Assembly: GCF_006345805.1 (NCBI RefSeq)
Contig: NW_021835889.1
Location: 1-37,842 of the forward strand
Length of the DNA stretch: 37,842 bases
From: Octopus sinensis
Taxonomy: Eukaryota
Direction: 5' to 3'
In this document: piece by piece, positions 35,959 to 37,842 of the stretch
How the letters are laid out: each line of letters starts with the position of its first letter
Position numbering within the stretch: position 1 is the stretch's first letter
Notes under the pieces: generated by a model
Told to the model about the DNA's origin: nothing
Database searches by the model: none
Seen by the model: the letters and a program-made list of their open reading frames with translations, nothing else
Position numbers and translations under genes: made by a program

Positions 35959-36537
35959 TTAGGTTTACAATTTCTTTTCACATGATATACAAGATGAATT
36001 CTAGGATCAATATGACTAAAACAAACAAACAAATAAAACAACTAAAAACCATTGTGTTCCAGTTTTGGTTGCGCTCTAATGATTCGTATTAGTAAGAGAA
36101 TGAACAGGATTTGCATACTTTACATATTATGTGTACTAATACTCATACAATTTCACTTAAAAGGATTTAAGAGAAAAGAAAGCATGCGCAAGAGATAAAG
36201 TAGAAGAGAAGAGATAGTAACAAAAAGACACACAACACACTTAAACATCATCATCATCATTTAATGTCAGGCTCCTTTGGCATGATTTCTGTCGCAGGAT
36301 GCCTTTAATAATGTCAAGTACTTTACAAAGAGCACTGGGTACTTTTTATGTGGCACCAGCACTGGTGAGGTCACCAGGACCCTCAGATGGAGTAACAGTA
36401 TTGAGTGGAGTGGATTTGTGCCAGGTGATGTGAGGTTAGAGTATGATAGAGGGATAGAAATAGGTGTCCTGCAGGGGAAGAGACAGTGAGGAGAGGACAG
36501 TGAGAGAGAAATGGAGAAAGATAAGAAGGATACCAAC

Positions 36538-36740
36538 CTGTGTGCGTTCTTCGATGAGCTTTTAAATGCGAGCTTTTGGTATAAACTTTGTGGCATCCTT
36601 CAAAATCACATCTATGGACCCTTCTCTTTTTCGAGCTGTCTGAGAAGGTATCACAGCTCATGGAAGACATGAATTGTGTTTTGGAAGTCGTAGTAACAAC
36701 AGGAGGTGACATTGCACCATCCAGGGATTTGTTATAGTGC
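36538..36740 (-). CDS. KLF: KLF-family transcription factor, internal coding exon with C2H2 zinc finger 1
   Basis: Translates HYNKSLDG...[35 protein letters not shown](G), the hallmark KLF finger 1 with a basic NLS-like stretch. Acceptor ttgtttctttttactttctatttcAG (AG at 36742-36741) and donor G|GTTGGT (GT at 36537-36536). 203 nt = 1+67x3+1, so phase 2 in and phase 1 out. Confidence 0.96.
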
Positions 36741-37097
36741 CTGAAATAGAAAGTAAAAAGAAACAAGTCAGGAGATGGCATGCTGAACCAAAAAGCTACA
36801 TGGTTCCAAAGCAAACTTCACAACCACACAACCATCGATTTTCCAATATGTGTAAGAGGAGAAAAGAATTTGAAGTCAAAGCTCACAGAAGACAGGAATT
36901 GTGTAAAAACAATATTCCTCAACCCCACTTTTTTCCCCACTTCATATTCAATAATCTATTATCATTGGTTCTTAACTAGGGTCCATAAGCCTCTTGGTTT
37001 TGTTGAAATTTATGTGCAGTAAATTGCTTACGCTTCTACAACACAAAATATTTTAACAATTTTTAAAAATATAATTCCTAATATTTAATTATAAAAA

Positions 37098-37309
37098 GGC
37101 GGTGAGCTGGCAAAAACGTTAAGCATGCTGGGCAAAATTCTTAGCGTTATTTTGTCTGTCTTTACATTCTGAGTTCAAATTCTGCCGAGGTCGACTTTGC
37201 CTTTCATCCTTTGGGCATTGACAAATTAAGTACCAGTTGTGTACTGGGGTCTATCTAATTGACTGGCTTCCTCCCAAAAATTTTGGGCCTTGTGCCTAGA
37301 GTAGAAAAG
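37098..37309 (+). mobile_element. SINE family B' (B head and core, alternative tail)
   Basis: 18-bp TSD aatatttaattataaaaa (37080-37097, 37310-37327); tail gggccttgtgcctagagtagaaa. Confidence 0.9.
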
Positions 37310-37594
37310 AATATTTAATTATAAAAATACAGTAGGAATTTTTTAAAAATAAATATTGAATGGCTATGATGGGCCGGTAGAATAGATTAGAAACTATAGG
37401 GAAAAAAAATGGTTGAGGACCACAGATTTATACTATATGGTTCTTAACTACTGCATTAGTAGAATGCTGTGTTTGGTTTGTTTTTGGCATCTGTTCATCA
37501 TTAATTCATCAACTGGTACTCTGTCAGTTATGATGACAGTGGTTCCAGTAATCCAATCAATGGAACAGTTTGCATGTCAGAGTTATGTGCAAGT

Positions 37595-37837
37595 GGCTGA
37601 GCACTCCACAGACATGCATACCCTTAAAGGTAGTTCTCAGGGAGATTCGGTGTGGCACACAATGTGACAAGACTGGCCCTTTTTATTTACATGTACAACT
37701 CATTTTTGCCAGTTGAGTGGACTGGAGCAACGTAAAATAAAGTGTCTAGCTCAAGGACACAATGTGTCACTGGGAATTGAACTTACAACCTCACAATTGT
37801 GAGCTGAATACCTCAACCACTAAGCCACGTGCCTTCA
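37595..37837 (-). mobile_element. SINE related to family C
   Basis: gttgagtggactggagcaacgtaaaataaagtgtctagctcaaggacacaa is the reverse complement of the family C central box; head at ...accactaagccacgtgcc. Confidence 0.75.
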
Positions 37838-37842
37838 CAATT

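Overview
Eukaryotic, AT-rich, very repeat-dense DNA. The SINE families resemble those I recall from Octopus (coleoid cephalopod) genomes; this is inference, not a database match. The only well-supported host gene is the 3' end of a Kruppel-like factor (KLF) on the minus strand: a 203-nt exon with zinc finger 1 (36538-36740) and a terminal exon with fingers 2-3 and the stop (28932-29104), joined in phase by a 7.4-kb GT-AG intron. Its upstream exons lie beyond the window end. The rest is microsatellites, at least four tRNA-derived or RTE-tailed SINE-type families, a CR1 LINE 3' end, a deleted mariner, Tc1-, piggyBac- and fold-back MITEs, and several Penelope-like terminal-repeat relics. The most unusual signal is a set of minimal hammerhead-ribozyme-like motifs in those relics, best at 22434-22473 inside a ~168-bp fold-back. 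Nearly all ORFs in the supplied track are microsatellite or SINE artefacts.
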